Source: Felis catus (taxonomy: Eukaryota). From it: 64,000 nucleotides of DNA. Numbering within the stretch: position 1 is the first letter of the stretch; the number at the start of each line of letters is the position of its first letter. The stretch spans positions 131,318,001 to 131,382,000 of the forward strand of contig NC_058368.1 in assembly GCF_018350175.1 (NCBI RefSeq), in the 5' to 3' direction. Under the pieces are notes generated by a model. That model was not told the DNA's origin and made no database searches. It worked only from the letters and a program-made list of their open reading frames with translations. The position numbers were made by a program, and so were the translations under genes. This document shows positions 40,519-53,290 of the stretch, in pieces.

Positions 40519-42362
40519 AAAAAAATAGATACTATTAGAAAAGATATCCACACATCAACACCTCTTATGAAGATAGTCTCAAAAATATTTGATAAAACAT
40601 TAGTACAATTTAGTAATATATTATCATATATTTAGTAAATGCTAAGGAATTTACAAAAAAACAGCAAGGAGTGAGTTTAGTACGTTTGTAGACTATAAGG
40701 TCAGTATGGTAATTCAACTCTGTTTAAACTAGCCACAGAAGACTGCAGTAAGCAACTGGTGAAACACCAGTTATGGCAGCATCAAAAAACATGAACAATT
40801 TAGGAATAAATTTACACATTATGTAATAAAAATTAGTTTATCATTCATAAATCAATCAATATTATTCAGTGTATCAATGGAATGGAGAAGAAAAAAATGA
40901 ACATTTTGATACATGTGGCAAAATTATTTGATAAAACTCAATACCCATTCATGATAGAAACTCTCAGAAAATGAAGAAGGAAAATTTCTCAACTTGATAA
41001 AAGGCATCTGTGAAAAACCTACAGCTAAACTCAGTCATTGGTCAAAGAAACTTACTTTACTCTCTGATTGAGAGCTACAGGGCTTCATTCTCACTGTTTT
41101 TTTTTTATTTTAAAAATTATTAAAATTTTTAAATTTACTTTTAAGTTTTTATTTGAGTATAGTTGACACACAGTGTTACATTTTTAATTTGGATAGAATT
41201 TTTATCTCTAGATATACCATTTGTTTGTTGTTACTTTAAGACTTTTCTGTTTTTGTTTTATTCATGTTTTACTTTTAATGCTTGAACATATTTATAATAG
41301 TTGGTTTAATGTCTTTATCTGCTTATGCAGTCATTTCCACTTTTTTCTAGGTTTATTTCTGTTGCTCGATTTTTTCTGTTCATTATGGGTCATTTTTGCT
41401 TTGCACGTATCTAGTAATTTTTTTTGTAAGTTGGACATTTAGTTTTAATATTGAGTGTCTGGATATTATTATCTTCCTTTAAAGAGGTTTTTAGCAGGCA
41501 TATAAGTTACTAGTGATTGACTTTGATTCTTGCAGGCCTATTTTTAAATTTTTGTAGGTTGATTTCTAATAGGCTTTATTCTAGGGCTAATTTAGCTCTG
41601 CTCTTATAGCAGGACGCTTTAGAATCTACTAAATACCCAAGATGTTCATTGAGATCTTGCTACTCTGGCTAATTGGAGCATGAATATCTTCCCAGCTTGC
41701 TGTGATCCCTGTGTGAATAGTTAAATTTACAGTTCACTAGCAGATGCCTTTTCCTTGGTAAATTTTCTTTATCTGGTTCTCTGGTATTTCACCCAACATG
41801 TGTTCATATTGGTATTCAACCAAAGATTTAAAGGAATCCCTACAGTTCTCTGGATTTTTTTTTCTATCTGTAGGCTTCTCCTTGCCAGTACATTGTCTAT
41901 AAACTCTAGCTATTTAGCCTCTGTACACTTAGATCTTCATTTTATCAGCAAGACTTCTTCTATGTTCTTGGCTTCCTCCTCCCTACATTAAGATTCTAGA
42001 ATTTCCCCAGGGCAGAAATCAAGGGTGATTTTTAGGCTCCCCTCATTTATGTTTCTCCTCTCAGTGTTTGCAGTCCTGCCATTTATTTTGTCCAAGGTCT
42101 TATACAATTTTTTTAAAAATATATTTCCCTAGTATTATCTATTATAATGCTGAGAGCATATCTAATTCCACTTACTTTAGGATTGCCAGAATCAGAAATA
42201 ATCAATTTATTTCCTTTTCACTTGAACCAATTTTTAAATAAAATTGTAATCGTGTAAGTGTAATTTAATATGTTCTCCCATTAAAATAATTATGAGAAAG
42301 TTAAAGTTTCCTTTTAGTAACTCCTACCCTTGGTCTTTCTTCCTTAAAATCTAACCAATGTT

Positions 42363-42579
42363 GGGGCACCTGGGTGGCTCAGTCGGTTAAGCGGCCGACT
42401 TCAGCTCAGGTCATGATCTCGCAATCTGTGAGTTTGAGCCCCGCGTGAGGCTCTGTGCTGACGGCTCAGAGCCTGGAGCCTGTTTCAGATTCTGTGTCTC
42501 CCTCTCTTTAACCCTCCCCCGTTCATGCTCTGTCTCTTTCTGTCCCAAAAATAAATAAATGTTTAAAAAAAATTAAAAA
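42363..42579 (+). mobile_element. Felid CanSINE (SINEC_Fc)
   Basis: Near consensus; TSD aaaatctaaccaatg (42346-42360, 42580-42594). Confidence 0.96.
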
Positions 42580-44279
42580 AAAATCTAACCAATGATAGCA
42601 ACTTACTACATGGCCTTTTAGGGACTTTTTCTATCCATTTTTGTTTGTTTCTATAGAAAAGCCATAATACTGCTCATCTAATTTTAGGTTATATATGCTT
42701 TTAATATCATAGTTCAGAGTGCATTTATTTCTTTCACCTGATTTTTTTTAAAAGAACAAAGAGTATGTAGCAGCGATGCATGTTATTAGTACAAACAAAT
42801 CTAGTTCACATTCTTCATATGCTGTAGTACTATTTTTAGCAAGAATAGACATTGGTCCTTAGTAGCTCTTCTTCTAAACTTGCTACAAATGCTTTCCATC
42901 TTTTTTAGGCATCTCTAGCTACCCTGGAATGTTGCCCCATTTGTCTCTTGTCCAAGTACTCGTCTTGCCTGGAGACAGACAGACTTACTCACCGCCCGTG
43001 ATAGTTACCCAGGACCTTTTCTGTTTCTGGTTTTCACCTGTTTGACATGGACCATTCTTTGTGTTGTTCTCATCTATTATGTACTTGGAACTTAGATACA
43101 TTGTGCTTTTATTTCTTCACTAATCTTTCACAGGTTCCTCATAATTTCTGATTTATTGAAATCTCCCCATCTATTTCCTAATTCAGCGGTTGGGTTCTTT
43201 TTGTAAATGTCTTGTATTGGTTTTTTGTTTTGAGAGAGAGGATCAACTGGAATATGCACTCACTTTACCACCTTGAAACCAGTAATTTCTTCGCTCTGCC
43301 TGAATTTTTCCATCTTCTGTTTTATGAGAATCTAGAATAAAATAAACCTTTGTGTGTCGTAGTATCTCCTCCTCTCTTCCTCACTTTGTTTCCATTCACT
43401 AATATGTTCTTCATTTTGGCATGGGCCTGCCTGGCTATTTCTCATTATTCTCACTGTTGACATGGTAAGTTGCATTTTGTTAGCCAGAATTAAAGTTCAG
43501 GCATCATTAATAGAACTGTAAAGTAACTCTTTGGCCCACTATAAATCCTTTTCAACAGACTTTGTATTGGTCAGTGAAGTATTTTCTACTTGTGTTGTAG
43601 ATTTTTAAAACATTAGAATTAGAAAATTTTGAAACCTTTTAACAAGAGTATTTTTTTCTCCATTATAAATAAATAAATATATATAAAATACAATTGTGTA
43701 CAGTGTACAAAATAGTGAAATGTGATCTAACATACAACAATATCTCCTGTCCTTTCCTCTTTTAATTTACTTCATGATTTTTTAAGAGCCTGACAGAAAT
43801 TAGATTAAGATGGCTTCTTTATAGATCTTTCTGATATATAAATACATCATACTGAAACTTTTCTTGTATATGGAGCCACCATTTAGTATCTTAATACGTA
43901 TGAATGGAAGAGAAAAGTGATATAGGGCCCAGAGGAACCAGCTTGGGAGATTAAACCTAGTAATTCAGGGTGATCTTGGTTCCAAGTCACGATGTAAATT
44001 ATTCATTGAAAGGTTCTTAAAAACATTCAGTCTTCTTTCATTCGTGTCACTATAAATACATACTTAGAAAGGATGTTTAGTAATTTCCTTGTTTATTTTG
44101 TTAATCCAGTTATAGCATCTAGTTGTGTAACTGCTTGGGAAATTTAAAAAGAATTGTGCAACTTGGAAACACTATATCTGTGTAAAATCTCACCTTGGAA
44201 ATGGGTCCGTGGGCAGAAGCCTTATTTTTCCCTGTTATTCTCAAGCAACTCTTTTTTGTCATCATAGAATGTCATTCTT

Positions 44280-44375
44280 TATACTCAGAAGGGACCTTAG
44301 CAACTATCTAGAAGTATTTTACAGGTGAAGAAACTGAAACCCAGAGAGGTAAAATAATTGGCCTAAGGTTCACTA
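44280..44375. mobile_element. MIR fragment
   Basis: attttacaggtgaagaaactgaaacccagagaggtaaaataattggcctaaggt. Confidence 0.75.
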
Positions 44376-44998
44376 AGGTCATAAACAGTCATACATCTCC
44401 ATGCTGCTCTGTCCTGCATTTTTTTGATACGTGTATAGCTTCACCTATATATCATAGTTATTTTTACATATCTATTTCAGAAAGCCAAAAGTATCTCTCT
44501 CTGAAATATTTTTTGTTCTAACACAGCTGAAATTTAGTTGGGGCTTTTCCAGCTGCCTACACAATTCTTCTTCTCCCTCATCCTCTTGTACTTTTCTTGA
44601 GCATCTTGATAGATTATATAGCAACTCCTTTATTCTGTCATTAGTAGAGTACAGATGGAATAAGAGATGAAAGGCCCAGGAAAGTTGTCATGAATGGGGC
44701 TGTTTTTTCTTACACCCAGGAAAAAAGAATAGGGTGCCAGATTTTTCTATTGAGTGTCTTATTGCTAAATTTTAAATTTAATTTGATGCTTTTTTTTTTT
44801 AATTCCCAAGTGGTTATTCCCTGAAAAAAAATTTTTTTGTCTTTGTGGGTTTAAGGAGGGAGTGAGGAGAGGAGAGCAGTGTATATTTTCTTCCTAGCTA
44901 AAACTAGATGTATATTTTTGTGTTTTACTCAAACATGAAATTGGTTAAATAAATCTCGAACCTGGTAATGACTAATATCATGCATTTTTATACAACAG

Positions 44999-45094
44999 GA
45001 TAGACATGATTCAGCTGATGATCAAAATATTTGTCATGTGTGGCACATGGATATAGAAGCTCTTCCAGAATGGATAAACCACCTAATACAAAAA
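44999..45094 (+). CDS. RNF180: RNF180 second coding exon ([32 protein letters not shown])
   Basis: Not in the ORF track; read manually. Acceptor tttttatacaacag|GAT, donor AAA|gtaagt; 96 nt, phase 0-0. Matches the RNF180 motif ICHVWHM..EALPEWI..LIQK. Confidence 0.95.
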
Positions 45095-46721
45095 GTAAGT
45101 TCCTTAGTTTCTGAGTACAGTTAGGAATGTAATCCTTTCAAGTTTTTTTATCCTCATTCTAAAGCTATTTTTTATTGAATAAATGGTTTCAAGAGATAAG
45201 AAAGGGTGTGTAACACTTGATTGCATTTACTGGCTTCATTATTACTGGAGTGTTATAGGTACTTTTCACCCTCAGACTTCGAACTTGGTATTTCCCCTTC
45301 CTTGATTGCTCTTCCCACAATTAATCCCCTCTTCCTTCATTTCCATATGTCTTAATCACAATGAGGCATTGCCTGTGCAAACTATCAATTGCCCTTCCCC
45401 ACTATTACCACTCTTCACACTTCCTTTCTCCCTTTTCTGTTTTATATACCTATTTATATTTTACATATGCACACACACACAGTAAGTAATATATAGTACT
45501 GGTAAATATGCATACGTGTATATGACATGTATAAATGTAAACATTACTGCACGCGCGCACACATACACACACACACACACACACTTTCTCACATACATAT
45601 ATGGCTTACTGACCCTGTTAATTGCCTAGCTCCCCTATTAGAATATAAGTTCCATGAAGTCAGAAGTTTTTCTCTGTGGTTTATTAGTGTATTATTTAGA
45701 TACACCTAGAATAGTGCCAATGACTGAATGAAATATCCTGCATCATTCGTGTATGTACACACATGTAAAATAAACTAAATAAGTAATGACCATCAGTGGT
45801 ACAATCAAAATCAAATTACCACATTTTTAAGTCTCCTTGATGAAATATTATAAGAGCAGGAACTCATTTTGTTGACATTATAGTATCATTATTTCTTTCA
45901 ATTCAAAACACCTATGTATTAGAAAACTATAAGTAATATGATTTTGGGAAAGTATAGCTGCCATTCTCCAATGACTTTCTTTGTTGTTGTTAAAAAATAA
46001 CATCTGATAGGTATCCCTTGCATTCATTCTCACATTGTAATGATTTCCTGGGAACATGCCAATACGCTGGTTTTAAGTGTCCTGAACTTTACAAAATGTA
46101 TCAGGATGCTACAGATGTTCTACTACCTCTGTTGAAAAAATAATTTTTAGCTAGTTTATTATTAATTTCCCATTTGAATATAGAAACTGTACTCTGATGT
46201 ACGCAACCAATATCTTTTGGTTGTATGTAAAAAGGCAGGAAGAGCTTTATTCTGTTGGTTGGGTAAAGTTCCCTCCCACAGTGTTTGGTATGCAAGAAGT
46301 GTATCAAAACAGACACTTTTCTGTGAGATTTTACTTGCAAATTAAGCTCTGTAGACTGATTTGCTTCCTGGTTCCATAGTGTATTTTTCTTTTCATTAAT
46401 TCACACTGCATCCATATTCAACCTATTGTTTGAGAGAGTCTTTTAGAATTCTTAGGAGTATTGTTGAGATGGGCATAACGTATAATATGTTATCATTCTA
46501 GAACTTTGGAGTTGCTTATATCTGTTTATTAAAAGGCTTATTTCCATTTATTGGTCTGTCTACTAATCAGAAAACAGAAAGCTAGCCTTTTCTGTGGCAT
46601 AGAAAACTTTCATGTGGTTGGCTAAAAAAAAGAAAAAACAAAACACAAAACAAAACAACTCACATTCTCTTTGGTTACTTTACAATGAAAGCATTGTCTT
46701 ATTTTCCTTTATTACCTGTAG

Positions 46722-47681
46722 GCCCAGTGGACAGTTGGAAAACTGAATTGCCCTTTCTGTGGGGCCCGTTTAGGGGGCTTTAATTTTGTCAGCACTCCAA
46801 AATGTTCCTGTGGCCAGCTTGCAGCTGTACATCTCTCTAAGAGCCGGACCGATTATCAGCCAACACAGGCAGGCCGACTAATGAGACCATCGCTGAAATA
46901 CTTGTCACATCCTAGAGTTCAGTCAGGTTGTGACAAGGAAACTCTGCTGACAGGTGGCACCTCCAAAAACAGAAATCACAGGCTTTTAAATATGGCCCAA
47001 AATAATAATGGCCCTGGAAGATTAACAGAAGCACTCTGCCTGGAGGTACGGTCAACATATTTTCAGATGAAGAATGAAAAACTGCTCTTCAAAGCATCAG
47101 ATCCAAAATACCAGCTTTTTGTTCCTCAGCTTGTGACGGGCAGATGCACTACAAGAGCTTTTCATAGGAAATCACATAGTTTGGATCTGAACATCCGTGA
47201 GAAACTGACATTATTACCCACTTTATATAAAATACATAGTAAGACTGCTGCCTGTCCCGGGATAAATGAAACACAGCCTATTCACCTTTCAGGCTTGCCT
47301 TTAGAATCTAGTAAAAATAACTGTTCCTTTCAGATTTCATCCAATTTTGATCCTAATATGCTGCTGCAAAGATTTTCAGTGACTCCCCGTGAGACCCAGA
47401 CACAAAGAGGAGGAGAATTTCAGTGTGGTCTAGAAGCTTCCGCAGTGTACACTGACCATGCTAGTTCTAACAACCTGACTTTCCTGATGGACCTGCCCTC
47501 AGCTGGTCGGAACATGATAGAGGCCTCGGACCAGGAAGAACACCTCTCTCCACTGGACTTCCTGCGCTCGGGCACTTTCTCATTGGGTGCCATTAATCAG
47601 AGGCTCAATAAAAGAGAAAGGGGCAAGTTGAAAAATCTGAGAAGGAAACAACGAAGGCATGAAAGATGGCTACAGAAGCAG
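46722..47681 (+). CDS. RNF180: RNF180 large third coding exon (320 codons, [22 protein letters not shown]...[14 protein letters not shown])
   Basis: Acceptor ttttcctttattacctgtag|GCC, donor CAG|gtaatt; 960 nt open frame that contains most of track ORF 46881..47705. Cys-rich N-terminal part and a basic C-terminal segment typical of RNF180. Confidence 0.97.
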
Positions 47682-49939
47682 GTAATTCTTTTAACAGTTT
47701 ACTAAAAATTCTGTATTACTAATATTGTGCTCTGGAAAAAGGAGCTAACTTTGGATACCTATATTATAAAAACATGGTTTTAATGAGTATTGAAAGGGCA
47801 TTTCTGTCTAGGTAAACTTAATAATCATGTACCTCTCTTATGATTGACAGATATAAGCCTGTTGCTGTGCTCACCTATGTTTAGAAAATGTCCTTTTGTG
47901 AGGTTTTCCCAATTCTAATATTTTACGCAAATATTAATCATGATATTGAGATGAGATTGTCATATTATTTTAAATTTATTCATGTTAGGATTGTTTACGA
48001 CAATTTTATTTCAGGTTAAGTTGAAACAAAACAGTTTTTCTAATTAAATCCAATCTAGTGCCAAATTCATTGACTTTCATCACTTTTAGCTTAAATGGAT
48101 ATTTTCAAGGAGCCTTATGTAATTATGTGCTCACATGATCCAGATATAGTTTACTGTGCTAAGTTACAAAATTCATCTTGATAATAATTGACCCGTACTG
48201 TAATTTTATAGGAAAGTGTGCTTCTCTATGGTTTAAACTTCTGTCCCTATAATGATTTGTTCAAAAGCCATTATGTGAAGGCACTGAACAATAAATTGCA
48301 GGTGCTGAGGAGACCAGTGGAAGCTAATGGATGAGGTGTTCATGAAAATTTGAAAGTTTGAGGACCAGTATTTTCTATGTAAACTTTTTTCAAAAATTGC
48401 CTTTGTTATTTACTTGTTCATAATAAATAGCAATCCTTATTAATCAGTATGTTGAATATCAACAATGTCCTTAGAGCTTAAATATAGAAAGCTGCAACTG
48501 TGCATAATAGTTCATTATTTTAAACAAGCGAACTTGTTGTTTGTGATTCTAGTCATAGATTGAATACAATAAAATTACTGTGAGTGCTTCAATCAGGTTA
48601 ATTATTTTTCATTGTCTGGTTGGATAGTATAATTATAGGTCATTACTACATTTTTGACTGGATGCTGACAAGAGGATTGCAGTTTGATTTATTTGCAAGT
48701 GATGGCATAATGTGGCATCAAGGCATATATTGTAGATTGTAAAAAAATGAATATATTTTAGCACCATTATAATATACTTCACAGCTTAATTTATCGAAGC
48801 TGTAAAATACAATATTTTTAATTGAAAATTTGACTTAAACCCATAGATACTTTGGAGACGATCATATATTATGTTACTATTCAGAAATAATACCTGAAAA
48901 ATAAGGTAGAGAGCTCTAAAATAATAATTTAACAAATAGAAATTTAAAAGAAGTATAATTATATTTGCTCTGTACTGTAAATATATGCAGACAACATCCT
49001 TGCAATTTAAAAAGTGTGTTTAGTTTTTAGGCTGGGTACTTCTGAAAAGTTCATCTATATTACCGATTCCTTTCAGCATAGGAACACTCTACTTCATACT
49101 GTTTAGAACAAAGCAAGACCAACATCAGTGGGTTTTTGTTTGTTCGTTTGTTTTTATGAAGTTACTTTTATTCATTCATATACGTGTATTTTAGCCAGCC
49201 TGCCTGGCTAATGGATCAGAATGAATGAATTCTAGTCAGATCTGTGACACTTCAGGATAGGGGGTAATATGGCAGGACCCTAAGAGGTTTGGTTGGTTGC
49301 ACAGGAGCTATAGGCAAACAAATGCCGATAGATCGTCCACTTAGCTGTAGCAGCGTGGAAATGACAGTTAGTGATGCGAGCACACACCATGGTTAGAGCC
49401 GGAGAGAAGAAAAATTTTCAACTGTTTTGCTAAGTGAAACAAAAAGATAAATCCTAGAAAGATTTAGTATTTGAGATAAATTAATGGTTTAGCTATTCAG
49501 TTCATTCCGTGTTTAGTAAAGAGTAGTTAATTCTGTAAACATTTATCAAATATGTGTTTCATATACCATGCCTTTGAGTAATGACTTCATCATAGATCCT
49601 GCCCTTTTTTAAATAAAGAAGATAAGCATACAAGATATAAAGGCAAAGTTATCCGTTAATGATGATTTTTTTTAAGTTTAAAATAATTCATTGGGAAATC
49701 TAGATTTCTGACTTTTATTTGATATTTTTAATGATTTTTCTCACAAGCTAGACATCTTTATGTGGCATTTACCTAGTGTTAATGACACTAGAAAAAGTTA
49801 TTTAAATTTTTGAAGCTTTGGGGTATAAATGAGACTAACATTGAATCAGAAACTATAGCCAACTTTCAGTTTTTATTCAACAGATGTTAATTAAACATCT
49901 ACTTTGGGGGAAGATAGTGCTGAGCGAACTTGGTTTTTT

Positions 49940-52900
49940 TATTCATCATAGTCTTTTTGAGTGTTTTAGTTTTTGTAATTATTATGCAATAAAATTGATT
50001 TATTCTTGGCATATAGCTCTATGATCTAAATAGACAGGTTCATATAACAGCCACCATGATGGGGATACAGGATAGTTCCATCAACCTCAGAATCTCTCTT
50101 CTACCTCTGTAATTGTGCCTTGGTTATATCTTTATAATCATATCTTTGCCCTATCTCTAATCTCTGAAAAACACTGATTTGTTCTCTATTACTTTAGCTT
50201 GTCTCTTTGATGATGTTGTAAAATAATAATGCAGTGTTATAAAAAATTAGAATCATATATAACCTCTAGAGACTGGCTTCTTTTACTCAGTACAGTTGCC
50301 TGTGAGAGCCGTCTAAGTTATTTCATATATCTACTGTTTGTTCTTTTTTTATTGTTCAGTAATATTCCATCATTATTAATAAACCAGTTTGTTCACCTGT
50401 GATGGCAGGTGAGTTGTTCCAGTTGTTTTGGCAATTATGAGTAGAGCTGTTAGAAGCATTTCTGTTCTTTTTGTGTGTGTGAACCTAAGTTTTTTCATTT
50501 CTCTAGGGTAAATAGTAAGATTACTGGATCATATGGTAAGCATATATTTAACTTTATTGGAAACTGTCAAATTGTTTTCCAGTTTGGAAATGGCTATACT
50601 CTTTTGTATTCCAAGACAGGATGTATGGGAATTTGCTTTGCTGTCACTCCTCACTAACACCTGGTAGTCTCAGTATTTTTTATATTGTCATAAGTAGGTA
50701 GTTGTATCACATTGTGGTTTCAGCTTGGAATTCCCTAATGGCATTTTCCTAATGATATTGAACATTTTTCATGTGCTTATTTGTCCATTTGTATATATTG
50801 TTTAGTGAAGTGTCTGTTTAAATCTTTTAGTTATTTTTAGTTGGGTTGCGTTCTTTGTGTTGAGTTGTAAAAGTTCTTTGTATAGTTTGGATGTGAGTTT
50901 TTCATTGCTTGTGTGATGTGTAAAGATTTTCTCTGAGTTTGTAGCTTGTCTTTTCATTCTCAACATTTTTTTCCTGTAAAAACATATTTAATTTTGATGA
51001 AATCTGATTTCTCATTTTTTAAAATCAGTTATGCCGTTGGTGTCATATCTAAGATCTCTTTTGCTTAACTCTAGGTTATAAAGATTTTCTCCTGTGGTTT
51101 TGTCTAAAAGTTCTATAATTTTAAGTTCCCCATTAAGAACTAGGATTCATTTTGAGTGTATTTTCTTAATACGGTGTAAGGTTAGGTCAAGATTTATTAT
51201 TTTGCATAGAGATGCTCGATTGCTCCAGCGCCATTTGTTGAAGACACTGTCCTGTGTCCATTGAAATGTTTCTGCAGCTTTATCTAAGATCATTCGGCTG
51301 TGTATGTGTGGGTCTATTTCTGGATTCTCTTACCTTCAGTTCATTTTGGGGTCTCTCTCATTGCCAGTAGTTCTTTGTCTTAGTTATCATAACTTTATAA
51401 TAAGGCATAAAATAGGATTCTAGAATTCCTCTAGCTTGTTATTTTTCAAACTTGTTTTACTTATTATAGTTCCTTTGACTTCACATATAAAATTTAGAAT
51501 TAGCCTGTTTGTTTACAAAAAAACCTTGTTGGTATTTTAATTGTATTATATGAAATCTACAGATCAACTTCGGAAAACTGAAATCATTACTATGTTGATT
51601 TTCTTAATCCTTGAACGTGGTATGTCTCTCCTTTTATTTAGGTCTTTGATTTCTCTCATCCACATTTTTGTACTTTCTATCATTCAGAACTTGTGCGTGT
51701 TTTGTCAGATTTATACCTACTTACTTTTTGGTGTTATTCATTTTTAAAAATTGTTGAAAATTGTGTATTACTAGTGTACACAAACACAATTGTTTTGACT
51801 TTGTGCCTTATGTTGAAGGTACAGATCTCTGACATCTTTTATCAGATTTATCTCTCAGTATTCATATTTTTTTATACTGTTGTTAAATGATATTGTTTTC
51901 TTAAATTTCAATTTCCAGTTGTTTATTGATAATATGTAGAAATAAAATTGAGTTTATATGTTGATCTTGTGTCTTAGAACTTTTCTAATCTTACCTATAT
52001 GGATCCCATTGTGTTTTCTACTTAAATGATCATATCTTCAAAGAAAGACAGCATTACTTGTTCCTTTCCAATCTGGAATTTGTTTCTGTTTTTTGTGTTA
52101 CTAAAGTAGCTAGAACATCCAGCACAATAGTGAGTAAAGATGAGGAGAACAGACATCCTTGTCTTTTTCCTCGTATTAGGATGAAAGCATTCAGTCTCTC
52201 GTCATTAAGTAACATGTCAGTTTTAGGTGTTGTATAGATGCGCTTTAGAAGGTGGAGGAAGTTTCCTTATATTCCAAGTTTGCTAAAAGTTTTAAATGGA
52301 TGTTGAATTTTGTCAGGTGTTTTTTCTGCATCGATTGATATGATTATGCATTTTCAGTATTAGTACCAATTAATCAATCAGTCCCACAGTAAGCACCACT
52401 TTATTATGTTGTATTCTATTCCTGTATATAGCTGGATACTACTTGCAGTATTTATTTGCGAGATTTTTTTTTTTTAACCTCTGTACAGGAAGGATATTGA
52501 CCTGAGGTTTTCTCTCTTTTTGTACTGTCTTTGTGTGTTTTGGTATCATGACAGTACTAGCCATGTAAAAAGAGTTAGATAATCTTTCCTCTTCTATTTC
52601 CTAGAAAATATTATAAAGAATTGATGTCATTTTTTCTTAAATATTTGGCAAGGAAACTTTCTGGGCCTGAAGATTTCTTTTTTGGAAGGTTTTTGACTAG
52701 TAATTCAATTTCTTCAGTAGTTATAGGACAATTTATGTTACCTGTTTCATTTTGAGTACATTTCAGTAGTTGTTTTCAATTAATTATCTAAGTTTGTATT
52801 GTTGAAATTATGTGTTTAGTATTGTTCATAATATTCCTTTATAATTATTTTAATGTCTCTTGGGTCTGTAATGACATCTTCTTTTTAATCCTTACCATGC

Positions 52901-53290
52901 CAGTTTGTTTCTTTTTCTTTTTCCTTTTTTTAAATTTTATTTTAGTTTTGCTAGAGGTTTATCCATTTTATTGATCTTTTCAAAGAACCAGCCTTGGGTT
53001 TCAATTATTTTTTCTATTGTTTGCTATTTTTAAGTTCTTAATTTCTACTCTTACCTTTAATATTGTCTTCATTTTCCTTGCTTTGACTTCATTTTCTTTT
53101 CTCTTAGAAAAAAATACTTTGTGATAGAAACTTATCAAGTGGAAAATTTTTTTTCTCATCTAAGCATTTAATTCTATAAACTTCCTTTTAGTTACTGCAT
53201 TACCTACATCCTGTGACTTTTATGTTGTATTTTTATTATAATTCAGTTCAAACCATTTTCTAATTTCCTTTGAGACTTCTTTTTTGGCCC
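49940..53290 (-). mobile_element. Old L1M (3' UTR plus ORF2), antisense; hosts the 29-nt exon remnant
   Basis: Long run of antisense L1 motifs (ccagcgccatttgttgaagac, aaatggatgttgaattttgtca, ttgatcttttcaaagaaccagc). Confidence 0.85.
50507..50535 (+). other. RNF180: Disrupted orthologue of the small L1-derived RNF180 exon (29 nt, GGT AAA TAG TAA...)
   Basis: tttttcatttctctag|GGTAAATAGTAAGATTACTGGATCATATG|gtaagc, 2.8 kb after the large exon, inside an antisense L1. Resembles the recalled human 36-nt exon (GKYSGVGLLDHM) with 7 nt missing. Confidence 0.75.

Larger units (their letters stand above)
38370..41090 (+). mobile_element. Old L1M, sense: ORF1 end, spacer and decayed ORF2 endonuclease/RT
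   Basis: gctatattaatatcaggcaaagtagatttcaaaac (AILISGKVDFK, endonuclease); tttgataaaactcaatacccattcatgata (FDKTQYPFMI, RT); many stops and frameshifts. Confidence 0.85.

Noticed and set aside
38370..41090. Active L1
   Set aside because: Many stops, deletions and SINE insertions.
46881..47705. Standalone 274-aa gene
   Set aside because: The ATG is internal; the frame is open back to the acceptor at 46722, so it is part of RNF180.
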